From a virus (lineage: Duplodnaviria; Caudoviricetes), in the IMG/VR virus record IMGVR_UViG_3300033075_000927, positions 1-64,000 of that record: DNA of 64,000 nt. One strand, given 5' to 3'. The translations under genes and the position numbers were made by a program. Below are positions 16,831-27,114 of the stretch, piece after piece. The notes beneath the pieces are model-generated. The model worked only from the letters and a program-made list of their open reading frames with translations. It was not told the DNA's origin and searched no databases. Positions within the stretch are counted from its first letter, which is position 1. Each line of letters opens with the position of its first letter.

Positions 16831-19749
16831 ATGAAAGTCCCACTCTTCAGGTATTACCAAAAAACCGGCGGCCAAGAGCCTTGGACTCCTGTTCGGTACA
16901 CAGAAGACCTTTCAGCTATCAAGCCCACTTTCGTGACGATCCTCGGACTTGACACCCTCATGGACTCTGACCCAACACAGGAGCAGAAGGATCGCATCAG
17001 GTACTATGGCCCGCTGTACTTCGACATTGACGCGAAGTCTCTGACAGATTCAATCGAGTCTGCTAACGAGCTGTACAGCAAACTAATAGCTGCTGGGCTT
17101 ACCGAGCACGACATTGAAATCTACTGCTCCGGCAAGAAGGGTTTCCATCTGCTGGTACCGCCAGAGTGCTTCATGGAGAAGCCGGACGAGCCAGTGGCCC
17201 GCCTGCCCGCGATCTACAAGGAGCTGGCCTTCAAGTTCGCCGTGCGAGACCTGGACTTCCGGGTCTACACCGCCCAGCGCGGTCGCATGCTGCGCACCGT
17301 CTACAACCAGCGAGAGAATGGCCTCTACAAGGTGGCCATCTCTGCTGACCAGCTGAGAGGGATGACCGAGGAGTCCTACGTCGAGTTGGCTGCCGTGCCC
17401 ACAGGCCCGGCCACCATTCGACCAGGGTTCAGCGGTAAATTCTCGCTGGCTTACACCGCTGCCGTGCAGAAGGTCACCAACTGGAAGCCGCGCAAGGCCA
17501 AGCCTCCGTCTGCCGAGGTGCTCAAGCGTGACCTTGGGGTCGTCAACCGCATCCTGCGCAACGAGTGCAAGGGCGGATTCAATCGGATCGCCATTCAGTT
17601 GGCTGTCTATGCCAGAGAGGTCGGCTGGACGGAAGATCAACTCGTCAACTCGGCCAAGGAGCTGATCCAGAAGCACGAGAGCGACAGCAGCCGCTATGCC
17701 TCTCCGTCCAAACGGGCAGCCGAGTTGCGGCGCATGTGCCAGTACGTGGAGGACAACCAGGGCTATTCCTACAGCAGCGCCCACCTGTCGAAGCTGCTCA
17801 CGAGCAGGGAGCAGCTTGTGGCCGCCCCGGCTGACGCCGCCAGTGAGGAGCCTGGCGAGGAGGTCGAAGGAGAGGCCGCCGAGGCCGCTCCAGACCTCAA
17901 GGTGCCTGACAACCGCACCACCTCACAGCACCAAGGTATCCAGGTCTCGCTGGAGGGCATCTTCTCCGACAACGGCAGCGACCTGCGCCAGCTAAGCAAT
18001 GCGTCCTTGGGGAACCTGTCCGTCTCGCATGTGATCAACGGCGAGGTGTCAGCCATCCGGGCCGACGTTTACGTGGACAGCGAGCTGACTGCCTCCGGTG
18101 TCAGCTTCCCTACCGACAGTTTCACCAGCAGCGCTGGGCTGCACCGGGAGCTGGTTCGCTTCGGGTCCGGCTTCTGGGGCACCGACATGGATGCCCGTGG
18201 CGTGCTCGCCGCGCTGCAGAATGCTGGAGCCCCGGTCAAGACAGAGCTGCTGCACTGCGGCTTGGACTTGGTCAAGCTGCCCAACAGCCAGCACGCACCC
18301 TTGCAAGAAGGTGTGCTGGTCTGGGCCGGCAAGGGTGGGTGCGTGGCCCAGGCCTGGGCAGCCAAGCTGGCCGACTTCTCATTCAGCGAGGACGCATCCC
18401 ACCAGGGTGTGCCCGACTTGCTGGATGCCCCCCACCCTCGCGAGCTTCTGACCACTTCAGACCAGAAACGTCGGCTGGTGGAGACCTGGCGTGCGCTGTG
18501 GGAGTCGAACGACAAGCAGACCATCGGGCAGGTCTATGGTTGGATGGCTGCATGCTTCTGGCGCTCGCTGATCCATGCAGCCACCGACCAGTACCCGCTG
18601 CTGCACGTCGCCGGGGCCGCAGGTTACGGCAAGACGCAGAACATCCGGCTGGCTGCCAGCATGCACACCTACCGAGTGCGCCTGCCAGAGGCCACGCCGA
18701 ACTCCACCCCGTTCGCACTTGGACAACTGCTGTCGTGCTACACCTCGGCCCCGGTACTGCTTGACGAGTACAAGCCTCACCGCATGTCGGAGACACGGCT
18801 GGAGGGGTTCCGCAGCTTGCTGCGGGATGCCTACAACGGCAAGGCTTCTCTGCGCGGCGGTGGCGCGGGGGCAGGTGCTGGCCAGCGCAACCAGGGCTGG
18901 CGCAACCTGTCGGCCACCTACATCAAGGCCCCAGTGATCTTCATCGCAGAGGCGTTGGAGACTGAGACCGCAATCTTGGAGCGCTCGGTGCCTGTCACGT
19001 TCACTCGCCGCCGTGGGCGCGGAGACACGTTCTCCAAGTTCACCAAGGTGCAAGAGAACAAGGACATTCTGGCTTCCTTGGGTCGGGCGCTGGTTGAGGA
19101 CATCTTGGCCACCGCCTCCGTCTCGGAGGTGTCAGCTGAGATGGCCAAGATCACCGCCGAGATGTCTGCCGAGCTGCGCCAGCCCCAGGATAGTGACAGC
19201 GCGGAGCTGGCGCGGGCCAGGCGCAACATCACCGAGCGCCCGTTGCACAACACCGCAGTCACAATCTTCGGCCTCGGCAAGTTGCATGCCAAGGTCTTGG
19301 AGATCCTGGCCGAGGCCGGTAGCGAGTTTGCAGCCGAGGCAGCCGAATTCCAGGAGCTGCACGATCAGGCGGTGGAGGCGATGAAGGCAGCCCTGCTGGA
19401 AGCGTCGGCCACGGCCATGCCAGAGATGATCAAGTTCCTGATCGACGTGGCGGAAATTGCCAAGGGTGGCGAGCTGCTGCGGGCAGAGAGCGCATGCCTG
19501 GTGGAGCACAGGGGCGAGCTGTTCCTGCAGGTCGTCCCCCGGCAGGTGTTCAACGGTTACAGGCGCTGGGTTAAGAGTTGCGGGGCTCAGGCGTATTACG
19601 CAACCCCGGAATCAGTGATCCACGCCCTGAGAAACTTTGATGGCTACCGTGCGGCGCTATCAGACTCAGAGCGTACCCTGCTTGAGTGGTCTACGCTGCA
19701 GGACTACGGAATGACCTCTTGGCACACAAGAGCTGTGCCTTATAGATAA
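16831..19749 (+). CDS. AEP-type primase fused to a P-loop helicase
   Basis: YFDIDA and SGKKGFHL primase motifs; C-terminal GAAGYGKT (Walker A) and VLLDEYK (Walker B). Confidence 0.85.
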   Translation: MKVPLFRYYQKTGGQEPWTPVRYTEDLSAIKPTFVTILGLDTLMDSDPTQEQKDRIRYYGPLYFDIDAKSLTDSIESANELYSKLIAAGLTEHDIEIYCSGKKGFHLLVPPECFMEKPDEPVARLPAIYKELAFKFAVRDLDFRVYTAQRGRMLRTVYNQRENGLYKVAISADQLRGMTEESYVELAAVPTGPATIRPGFSGKFSLAYTAAVQKVTNWKPRKAKPPSAEVLKRDLGVVNRILRNECKGGFNRIAIQLAVYAREVGWTEDQLVNSAKELIQKHESDSSRYASPSKRAAELRRMCQYVEDNQGYSYSSAHLSKLLTSREQLVAAPADAASEEPGEEVEGEAAEAAPDLKVPDNRTTSQHQGIQVSLEGIFSDNGSDLRQLSNASLGNLSVSHVINGEVSAIRADVYVDSELTASGVSFPTDSFTSSAGLHRELVRFGSGFWGTDMDARGVLAALQNAGAPVKTELLHCGLDLVKLPNSQHAPLQEGVLVWAGKGGCVAQAWAAKLADFSFSEDASHQGVPDLLDAPHPRELLTTSDQKRRLVETWRALWESNDKQTIGQVYGWMAACFWRSLIHAATDQYPLLHVAGAAGYGKTQNIRLAASMHTYRVRLPEATPNSTPFALGQLLSCYTSAPVLLDEYKPHRMSETRLEGFRSLLRDAYNGKASLRGGGAGAGAGQRNQGWRNLSATYIKAPVIFIAEALETETAILERSVPVTFTRRRGRGDTFSKFTKVQENKDILASLGRALVEDILATASVSEVSAEMAKITAEMSAELRQPQDSDSAELARARRNITERPLHNTAVTIFGLGKLHAKVLEILAEAGSEFAAEAAEFQELHDQAVEAMKAALLEASATAMPEMIKFLIDVAEIAKGGELLRAESACLVEHRGELFLQVVPRQVFNGYRRWVKSCGAQAYYATPESVIHALRNFDGYRAALSDSERTLLEWSTLQDYGMTSWHTRAVPYR

Positions 19750-19756
19750 AGTCTGC

Positions 19757-19782
19757 TGTACCACCTAAAACGGTGGTACAAT
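19757..19782 (+). promoter_or_regulatory. extended -10 promoter overlapped by a 9-bp inverted repeat (possible operator)
   Basis: TGTACCACC-TAAAAC-GGTGGTACA; TGgTACAAT at 19774-19782. Confidence 0.55.
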
Positions 19783-19850
19783 ACCAAAACCCCGCAAGTG
19801 GTTACTTGCTGACAAGTCGGAAAGAACGGCTAACACTGAAAGCTAAAATC

Positions 19851-20552
19851 ATGCTGAAACCCGCAAATACTGCTACCGCAAATACTGCTACCACATCCGC
19901 AACTTTTGAAGACCAGGACGACGTTGCCGTTGCCGCACCTGCTGCCACCACAGCTGTCGCAGTGGCCAAGCCCCTGGCCCCCTCCGCTGCTGCTCAGTTC
20001 AGCTCGGCAACTGACGTGATCAGCTCGCTGAAGAACGCAATGCCTGTCACATTCGACATGTTGATTCCTCTGATCGCAACCAACGGCAACGTCTGCAAAC
20101 GCTCTGACAAGAAGCCTGTCGGTGATCAAGTTACCTTTGAGCTGATGTCTTGGCAGGATAGCTACACCCTCACACCTGGGGATGATCGCGCTCCAAAAGA
20201 CCTCATACGCTACAGCGATGACGGCGTTGTATGCAGCGACGGCACCTTGGTGTCAGATCACCTGGCCTACCTGCGCAGCCTCGGTTTCGCCAAGGCTGCG
20301 CTCAAGCAGCGTGCAGTGGTTGTTGGCTCCATCATCTCCTGCTCACGCACCTCGGAACTGGACGACGAACTGGTTCAATTTGACTTGTCCCCCCAGAGCC
20401 GAGCCTCATTCCTGAACTACGCCCTGGGCTGCGTCAACAAGATCCGTCTGGGCAAGTTGACCTCCGAGCAGGTGACCAAGATCAAGGCTACGGCTGAAGT
20501 GGTAAGCATGGGCGGTAACCCATTCACCAAACTCATGTTCAGCGCCGCCTAA
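19851..20552 (+). CDS. replication-module protein, possibly ssDNA-binding
   Basis: Position after the primase, highly expressed-type codons; function is inferred from context only. Confidence 0.45.
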   Translation: MLKPANTATANTATTSATFEDQDDVAVAAPAATTAVAVAKPLAPSAAAQFSSATDVISSLKNAMPVTFDMLIPLIATNGNVCKRSDKKPVGDQVTFELMSWQDSYTLTPGDDRAPKDLIRYSDDGVVCSDGTLVSDHLAYLRSLGFAKAALKQRAVVVGSIISCSRTSELDDELVQFDLSPQSRASFLNYALGCVNKIRLGKLTSEQVTKIKATAEVVSMGGNPFTKLMFSAA

Positions 20553-20572
20553 CCTAGGCGCATGACGCAACC

Positions 20573-20607
20573 AAGCCCACAGCGCAGCAATGCCCTGTGG
20601 GCTTTTT
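20573..20607 (+). terminator. intrinsic terminator
   Basis: AAGCCCACAG...CTGTGGGCTT followed by TTT. Confidence 0.75.
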
Positions 20608-20616
20608 AAGGTCTAT

Positions 20617-21252
20617 ATGTACACAATCCTGGACACTGAAACAGCGTCACTGCAATCTGGCGTAGTAGAGCTTGCTCTGCTCCACATCGACCACGAACTC
20701 AACGTGCTCGGTGAATTCCACACCAAGGTCAATCCTGAGCGTCCCATTGAGCCCGGTGCATTCGCAGTACACGGCATCTCAGATGCAGACGTAGCAGATG
20801 CCCCTACGCTGGCCCAAATCGCTGAACTGGGGGCGGTGACTCACGCCATTGCCCACAACTTGCCATTCGACAGCCGCATGCTGAAGGGCCACCTAAATGC
20901 GGAAGCTGGCCTTTGCACCTTGGCGCTGTCGCGCCAGTACCTGAAAGGCACTGCCAACCACAAGCTGGAAAACCTGAAACGCGAACTTGGGCTGCCTGAC
21001 CAGAAATCTCACAGCGCCCTGGGCGACGTGTACACGACCCTGGACTTGCTGCGGCACCTGCTGCCGCTAGCAGGTGTGCCCCTTGATACCCTGTTCAAGA
21101 GGGCGGCTCAGCCGAAGCTGATACATCGAATGACATTCGGCAAGCACAAGGGCTTGCTGATCTCGCAGGTTCCCGCAGATTACCGATCCTGGCTTCTGGG
21201 CCAAGAAAACCTCGACAAAGATCTAAGATACACATTGGAGAGATTGAAATGA
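20617..21252 (+). CDS. DEDDh 3'-5' exonuclease, exonuclease X-like
   Basis: ILDTET, AHNLPFD and HSALGD motifs; C-terminal MTFGKHKG. Confidence 0.88.
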   Translation: MYTILDTETASLQSGVVELALLHIDHELNVLGEFHTKVNPERPIEPGAFAVHGISDADVADAPTLAQIAELGAVTHAIAHNLPFDSRMLKGHLNAEAGLCTLALSRQYLKGTANHKLENLKRELGLPDQKSHSALGDVYTTLDLLRHLLPLAGVPLDTLFKRAAQPKLIHRMTFGKHKGLLISQVPADYRSWLLGQENLDKDLRYTLERLK

Positions 21253-21575
21253 GCAACTTCGTGCTAATCACGTTGAGCGATAGCGATTACGCCAGACCTC
21301 TACGAGAGGCGGCGCAGTACATGGCTCGCATTCTTCCTAGTGCTAGGGTGAGTAAAGACTCTATCGTTGTCGCCACTATCTCACAGTACCTCAAACACAG
21401 GCTGGTAGACGAGCGATATATAGACGCCAGTTACGTGCCAAAGGACGTAGCTAAGTTGTCCCGGCATCTGCTGGATTGCGTTACAGTTACAGAGCACAAG
21501 GCTATGACTTGGCTCACAAACCACGACGTACAGGTTGTAATTGACCTGCACACCAAACACGTTCACTACCAGTAA
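21249..21575 (+). CDS. hypothetical protein (108 aa)
   Basis: ATGA-coupled to the exonuclease. Confidence 0.65.
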   Translation: MSNFVLITLSDSDYARPLREAAQYMARILPSARVSKDSIVVATISQYLKHRLVDERYIDASYVPKDVAKLSRHLLDCVTVTEHKAMTWLTNHDVQVVIDLHTKHVHYQ

Positions 21576-21584
21576 GGAGCTGAA

Positions 21585-22019
21585 ATGAGCAACGTATTTG
21601 AAACAATCAAAGACTTCAACAAGTTCTACGGGCTGCCCTGTCCTGACGTACCAACACTCAGCGCAGTGCGCGACCCTGATGGGCGCATTCACGGCTTCAT
21701 CAAGACGGTGGAGAAGGAGCTGTCCGAGGGCTTCGACATTCTGGAAAAGTACGAGGCAGGCTGCTCAGCCCTTGAGATGCTGACTGATTTGGCCGACTGG
21801 TACGGGGATTTGGTCGTGTATGCACTCAGCGAAGCTGCTAAGTGGGGTATCCCTAGCGAGAGGGTGCTTCAGGCTATCATGGAGTCCAACTTCAGCAAAA
21901 AGCAGGCTGACGGCTCCACACTGAAGGATACCAACGGCAAGGTAGTCAAGGGTCCGAACTTTCAGCCGCCAGAGCCTGCTATTTGCCGGGCAATTATTGA
22001 TGCGGGGTACAAGCCATGA
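21585..22019 (+). CDS. MazG/HisE-like NTP pyrophosphohydrolase
   Basis: EKELSE..DLADWYGDLVVY..MESNFSK..NGKVVKGPNF. Confidence 0.8.
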   Translation: MSNVFETIKDFNKFYGLPCPDVPTLSAVRDPDGRIHGFIKTVEKELSEGFDILEKYEAGCSALEMLTDLADWYGDLVVYALSEAAKWGIPSERVLQAIMESNFSKKQADGSTLKDTNGKVVKGPNFQPPEPAICRAIIDAGYKP

Positions 22020-22726
22020 GCAGGCTTGATAGACCTACTAAGCCTGCCAAGGGTTCACCAATCTGCGACGTTGACGGCACGCCAAGGTCATACGGCCCTA
22101 TCTCGTCGAGCGTCGTTGACCCCGACCTCGGAAAATGGTCTGAGTGGTTTTGCCTACCTGAAACAGGTGCCCTCTTCTGCACCGACATGTACGAAGTTGA
22201 AATCTGCGGCAACGACCGCGTTCTGCGCCCACTGACCAAGGACGGTGGCTGGTGGAAGCCACACCCTGACGCAACTCTCTGGAGGTGCCGCTTCCGGTGG
22301 CCCCGTGTCAAAGCCCCTCCCGTCCCGCCAGAAGATCGCGGATGGTCGAATTGGTACAGAGTCGTGTCATCTGGCACGCAGTTCGACCTTGAAAAGTTTG
22401 AGGTGCAGTTCTGTGACCCGGCAGGCAACTTCCAGCCGACAGCCGAAACCTCTACCGCTTGGCGGTGCCGGCCTCGCTCCAACTATGCTGGCAAACCAGA
22501 ATTCAAGACCAAGCAGCACGGCTCGGTGGCAGTGACCACCTCCAGCGGCCAGCAGTGGCAGAGGCTTGACACCTGCCCACGAGGCAGCAAGGTGCAGCTG
22601 ATGTTCCGCTTCGGCTTGCCTCGCTACGAGGTCTACACAGGCCAGCCAGATGCACTGGCCTGGGCACCGATGCCCGACAGCCCGGAGTGGCTGAAAGACG
22701 AATTGTCAAACCAGAACAGGAGCTGA
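22016..22726 (+). CDS. hypothetical protein with an internally duplicated Trp/Cys domain
   Basis: WSEW..F..YEVEIC..WRCR and WSNW..F..FEVQFC..WRCR; C-terminal WQ..TCP..AWAPMPDSP. Confidence 0.65.
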   Translation: MSRLDRPTKPAKGSPICDVDGTPRSYGPISSSVVDPDLGKWSEWFCLPETGALFCTDMYEVEICGNDRVLRPLTKDGGWWKPHPDATLWRCRFRWPRVKAPPVPPEDRGWSNWYRVVSSGTQFDLEKFEVQFCDPAGNFQPTAETSTAWRCRPRSNYAGKPEFKTKQHGSVAVTTSSGQQWQRLDTCPRGSKVQLMFRFGLPRYEVYTGQPDALAWAPMPDSPEWLKDELSNQNRS

Positions 22727-23106
22727 AGATGCCAAGAAGTGATTCGCCCGTTCCACCCAGACCGGGCCGCCCAAAGCCTCCAAGGTATCCAGATGGTCAG
22801 AGGCTGCAGTCAGAAGGCAAAAAGTTTGACTCTGGCAAGCCTCGCTGGAGCTTGCTGCCTCGTGGCACGCTGCTCAAGGTCATCCAAGTGTTGGAGGCCG
22901 GGGCCGTCAAATACGACGTGGATAACTGGAAGAGCGTACCGGACGCTCGCACCAGGTACTACGACGCCATGAACCGTCACATCGAGGCTTGGTGGGGCGG
23001 CGAGAAGCAGGACCCTGAGACGGGCATCCACCACCTGGCGCACGCAACCTGCTGCGCTTTGTTTCTGATCTGGCTTGATGAGCCGGTTGACGGGCCTGCA
23101 CAGTGA
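22687..23106 (+). CDS. dATP/dGTP diphosphohydrolase-like protein (DUF5664)
   Basis: GKKFDSGKPRWSLLP, GAVKY..DNW, RH..AWWGGE..DPETG.HHLAHA. The true start may be slightly downstream. Confidence 0.85.
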   Translation: MAERRIVKPEQELKMPRSDSPVPPRPGRPKPPRYPDGQRLQSEGKKFDSGKPRWSLLPRGTLLKVIQVLEAGAVKYDVDNWKSVPDARTRYYDAMNRHIEAWWGGEKQDPETGIHHLAHATCCALFLIWLDEPVDGPAQ

Positions 23107-23345
23107 CCCGCCGCCCTGTCTTCAGCCGGTCGGCTCTGCCGACCAGGCCTATGGGGCTGCGCGACATGCTGCTTTGGTGGCTGGTCGCTGAAAAGACGGG
23201 CATCGGCTTGTGGCTCACGGCTGCAATCGGTGCTCTGATGTTTCTCAGGTTCGTTGGTGAACTGGCCTCACTAGGTCAAGAAGACCAATGCCTGACACTT
23301 GTAGCAAGGAGTAAAGATGAAGCCAATAGCCAGAATAGTAACTAG
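23103..23345 (+). CDS. small membrane protein (80 aa)
   Basis: GTGA overlap; hydrophobic segments. Confidence 0.5.
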   Translation: MTRRPVFSRSALPTRPMGLRDMLLWWLVAEKTGIGLWLTAAIGALMFLRFVGELASLGQEDQCLTLVARSKDEANSQNSN

Positions 23346-23640
23346 GATGCAAGGGGCAGGTGACGGGCTTATGCTCGGCAGTACGTTTCCTGGTCAGGAC
23401 TTCTTCAAACCGAACACCGTCTACGAAGTGGAGAGATTCTGCGGCGTAGTGACTATCCGAGAAGTCGGCAAGGCCTGCGGATTCGAGAAAGGTGACGACC
23501 CTGACGACAGGCACAGCTTCCTGAAGAGGCTCTTCAACTGGGCCGAGGAGATACAGGTGCTGCTCGTTGCCCGTGGCTCGAAGTTGTTTATGACGCGGGA
23601 AGAATTTGATAGAGTACATGAAACTGTGAGGTACGATTGA
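23317..23640 (+). CDS. hypothetical protein (107 aa)
   Basis: RBS AAGGAG; stop abuts the polymerase ATG. Confidence 0.65.
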   Translation: MKPIARIVTRMQGAGDGLMLGSTFPGQDFFKPNTVYEVERFCGVVTIREVGKACGFEKGDDPDDRHSFLKRLFNWAEEIQVLLVARGSKLFMTREEFDRVHETVRYD

Positions 23641-26600
23641 TGAAAGTTCTAGTTGATGTAAGCAGTCTAATCAAGACCTGCCTGTACGCCGGAAAAGACC
23701 CAGAAGCGATTCTGGCGTCTGACGGCTCTCAAGTAAGCTCTGCGCGATGGGGTTACGACAACACGGTCAACTCCCTGGTGGCCACCTTGGACTACCTCAA
23801 ATGTGTGCCATCCGACATCGTGTTTGCTGTGGAGGGGTTTCACAGCAAGTCCCGTCGCCAGCACATCGACAAGGGGTACAAGCAGGACGCGAAGCCGAAG
23901 GCTCCTGAGATGTTCGAGCAGTTCAATGAGGCCAAGGTCCTGGTGCTTGGGGCTTTCCGCAGGTTGGGCTCCATTCAGGTGACCCAGGACGGCGTGGAGG
24001 CTGACGACATTATCGCCTGGTTCTGCACCCACACCAAAGAGGACACCGTCATCGTCTCGAATGACGGCGACCTGTGCCAGCTGCTGGGGCCCAATGCTCA
24101 CGGCGCGAACATCGCCGTCTACCGGACGCACGGCGTGCAGCGCGAAAACCCTTACGGCGAGTTCTCGCCCAAGAACATCCTGGTCTACAAAGCCACGGTC
24201 GGGGATTCGTCCGACAAGATCAAGGGTGTGCCCGGCTTTGGCCCAGCCAAGTTCCAAGCCCTGCTGGAGCGCTTCGGTGACGACGGCCTGACTGAGCTGC
24301 GCCGCCTGGGCGACGAGGGCTCGCTGAGGGAGCTGTACGAGCAGGCCAGCACCGAGCCGCTGGTCCAACGCCTGGTGGACGGTGAGGAAAACTACCTGAC
24401 CAGCTTCCGACTGGCCAAACTCTACCCGGAGTGGTGCAACACGCTGCACCAGCCGCTCGTGTGGACACCAGGCATGGTGGCGGGGTCTACTGAGGACCTG
24501 CGGCTGAAGAAGTGGGAATCCGCCCGCCGACTGGTCACAGCCGACAAGTGGGAGGCCTTCAAGCCTTGGGCTACTCGCAACATCGGTGGCTGGATGGCCC
24601 TGGACATTGAAACCTCCACACCGGACGAGTCGGACGATTGGCTGGCCGCCCAAGATGACAGCAAGGGTGTGGACGTGATCGGCTCGAAGCTGTCTGGCAT
24701 GTCGCTGACCTTCGGCCCCAACAAGCAGTACACCGTCTACATCCCGGTTGACCACGTTGACACAGACTGCGTGAAGTCGGAAGACCTGCGCGACTTCATC
24801 GCGTCGCTGCACGGCGTGACGAAGGTGATCCACAACACCCAGTTCGAGGGCACCGTCCTGTTCAACGAGTGGGGTGCCGAGTGGGCCGACAACGGGTTCC
24901 ACGGCTACCTGCCCAATTGGCTGGACACCAAGTTCGAGGCCTCATATGTGGACGAGAACTTCTCACTGGGCCTGAAGAAACTGTCGAAGAGGTGGCTGGA
25001 CTACAACCAGGTGGACTACGACACGGTCACCACCCTCGAAGGTGAGCCAGGCTCTCTGAAGGGTGGGCGGCTGCTGGGCGAGTTCAAGAAGTGTGTCAAG
25101 GAGGCGGTGACGCGGGTGGCGACGCAGGAGGATGTGATCTGCGCCGACGAGTTTGGCCTCGACGAAGTACACCTTGGCGACACCATCGAAGTCAGCCCCG
25201 CCGAATTCGTGATGGTCGAACGCCGCCAGTACAAGATGCGCGAACTCAGCGCCCAGCACGTCTTCGACTACGCCTGCGACGACACGGTCACCACTGCAGC
25301 CCTGCACAATTTCTTCAAGCTGATCATGCAGCTTGAGGGAACTTGGCAGACCTATCTGGACGTGGAAATTTCCGCCTCCTACCTGCACACCCAGTCGTTT
25401 GTTCAAGGCGTTCCAATTGATTTGGCCAAGTTGCAAGAGTTGCGTGAGATTGACGACAAGACCTATGACGAGGCCTGGGCCAAGCTCTCCGCCTACCTGA
25501 TGACCAAGGGCTGGGATGGCTGCCTGCCGCCAGTCTACGACGGCGAGCCCACGCCGAAGCAGATCAAAGAGGCCTTCACCATCGTGACCGGCGAGGAGCT
25601 GGAGACGGCGGTACGCAAGCTCGACCGGCTGGCCGACGCCGTGGAAGCAGGCGGAAGCCTGGCGATGGCGGAGCTGATCCGCAACCGCGACTGGGAGTCG
25701 TTCAAGACCTTGGTGCTGCAGCACTTCGACGGCCAGCCGAAGTTCAATCCAGGCTCTCCGAAGCAGATGCAGCGCCTCTTCTACGAGGTCATGGGCCTGC
25801 CGGTGCGGGTGTTCAACGCCCCCACCGCCACCATGCGTGCTAAGGGCATCAAGCAGGGCACACCACAGACGAACGAGCTGGCCGTCAAGTATGCGATGCT
25901 TGAGGCTGGGCCGGAGGAAGCCGCTGCGCTGGAGGCAATCCGCCTGATGAAAATGGTGAGCACTAGGCGAGGCCTGTACTACGACACCTACCCGTACTTC
26001 GTACACTGGAAGACTGGGCTGGTACACAGCTCACATAACCAATGTGCCACGAACACTAGACGAGCATCCTCCGCAAAGCCTAACGTACAGCAACTCGCTA
26101 AGCACGAGAAGGTGAAAGGATTTGCGGCCAGGTTCCGCGAAGTAATCTCCCCGCACAAGAAGGGCGCTGTGGTGGTATCTATGGACTTCTCGTCCCAGGA
26201 GATCCTGCTGCTGGCCGAATGGTCTCACGACCCTGTGCTGGAGCTTGCCTTCACTGGCGACCCACCGCTTGATATGCACAGCAAGACTGGGGTCGGTATC
26301 TGGAACCGCACCAATGAGCCGCTAACTTATGAGGAGTTTAAGACTATAGTTGATAACCAGTCGCACCCACTACACAAGAATATCAAGAAAGCGAGAGCTC
26401 TAGGTAAGACTGTGAACTTCGGAGCACTCTACCGTATGGCTGCTAAGAAGGCTGCCTCTGTGATGCTAGTTACTGAAGAAGAGGCGCAGGCGAGTTTGGA
26501 CGCAAAAGCGGAGGCCTTCCCTGTGTCCGAGGCTTGGGCGCTGAGAGAGATGGAGATCGTCAAGGAGGCCGGGATCAGCAAGACCCTGCTCGGGGCGGTA

Positions 26601-26987
26601 CGCCACCTCGGGCCAGCACTCCTGTCGGAAGACAAATACGAGGCTGTAAAGGCGGAGCGACAAACCTTGAGCTTCAGAATTCAGGGTTCTGCCGCTGAAA
26701 TGACCAAGCAGGCTGAGGGTGCCATGTGGGACATGGGTCTAGTTCAGAAGTATGATTGCAGAGTGTACTTTCCCGTGCATGATGAAGTGGTAGCTTCTGT
26801 TGTTGTTTCAGACTTAGAGCCGTTCCTACTAGATATGCACAAGGCGATGGTCAGGCCCTACGCTAACATGCGGTTGCCGATCCGGTCTTCTGTATCGTTC
26901 GGCCCGTCGTTTGGGGAGCAAATCGAAGTGGGCAACGTGGGCACACCAACCCTTGAGGAGATTCGCGCAGCCGTGGCGAAGTTGTGA
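23640..26987 (+). CDS. polA: family A DNA polymerase with 5'-3' and 3'-5' exonuclease domains (Pol I-like)
   Basis: VDVSS, EADD, SNDGD and GDSSDKIKGVPGFG (5' nuclease); LDIET, HNTQFE and YACDD (3' exonuclease); MDFSSQE, KTVNFGALY and VHDE (polymerase motifs A, B, C). Confidence 0.93.
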   Translation: MKVLVDVSSLIKTCLYAGKDPEAILASDGSQVSSARWGYDNTVNSLVATLDYLKCVPSDIVFAVEGFHSKSRRQHIDKGYKQDAKPKAPEMFEQFNEAKVLVLGAFRRLGSIQVTQDGVEADDIIAWFCTHTKEDTVIVSNDGDLCQLLGPNAHGANIAVYRTHGVQRENPYGEFSPKNILVYKATVGDSSDKIKGVPGFGPAKFQALLERFGDDGLTELRRLGDEGSLRELYEQASTEPLVQRLVDGEENYLTSFRLAKLYPEWCNTLHQPLVWTPGMVAGSTEDLRLKKWESARRLVTADKWEAFKPWATRNIGGWMALDIETSTPDESDDWLAAQDDSKGVDVIGSKLSGMSLTFGPNKQYTVYIPVDHVDTDCVKSEDLRDFIASLHGVTKVIHNTQFEGTVLFNEWGAEWADNGFHGYLPNWLDTKFEASYVDENFSLGLKKLSKRWLDYNQVDYDTVTTLEGEPGSLKGGRLLGEFKKCVKEAVTRVATQEDVICADEFGLDEVHLGDTIEVSPAEFVMVERRQYKMRELSAQHVFDYACDDTVTTAALHNFFKLIMQLEGTWQTYLDVEISASYLHTQSFVQGVPIDLAKLQELREIDDKTYDEAWAKLSAYLMTKGWDGCLPPVYDGEPTPKQIKEAFTIVTGEELETAVRKLDRLADAVEAGGSLAMAELIRNRDWESFKTLVLQHFDGQPKFNPGSPKQMQRLFYEVMGLPVRVFNAPTATMRAKGIKQGTPQTNELAVKYAMLEAGPEEAAALEAIRLMKMVSTRRGLYYDTYPYFVHWKTGLVHSSHNQCATNTRRASSAKPNVQQLAKHEKVKGFAARFREVISPHKKGAVVVSMDFSSQEILLLAEWSHDPVLELAFTGDPPLDMHSKTGVGIWNRTNEPLTYEEFKTIVDNQSHPLHKNIKKARALGKTVNFGALYRMAAKKAASVMLVTEEEAQASLDAKAEAFPVSEAWALREMEIVKEAGISKTLLGAVRHLGPALLSEDKYEAVKAERQTLSFRIQGSAAEMTKQAEGAMWDMGLVQKYDCRVYFPVHDEVVASVVVSDLEPFLLDMHKAMVRPYANMRLPIRSSVSFGPSFGEQIEVGNVGTPTLEEIRAAVAKL

Positions 26988-27114
26988 TAAGATGGCAGCT
27001 TGAATCTTGAACTCAGGCTGCTGCAACAGTATTAGTTCAGGGTTTACTCCCTGCGGGTTCGATTGGAGGTGTTGCAGCACCGACTTTCGAGCCCGTTTTC
27101 TTTTGGAGATCGAA

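Noticed and set aside
22687-23106. 2-aminoadenine (Z) genome
   Set aside because: DUF5664 alone is insufficient and no PurZ homolog is present in the window.
23640-26987. Intein or group I intron in the polymerase
   Set aside because: The ORF is continuous, with no C/S...HN intein termini or LAGLIDADG motifs.
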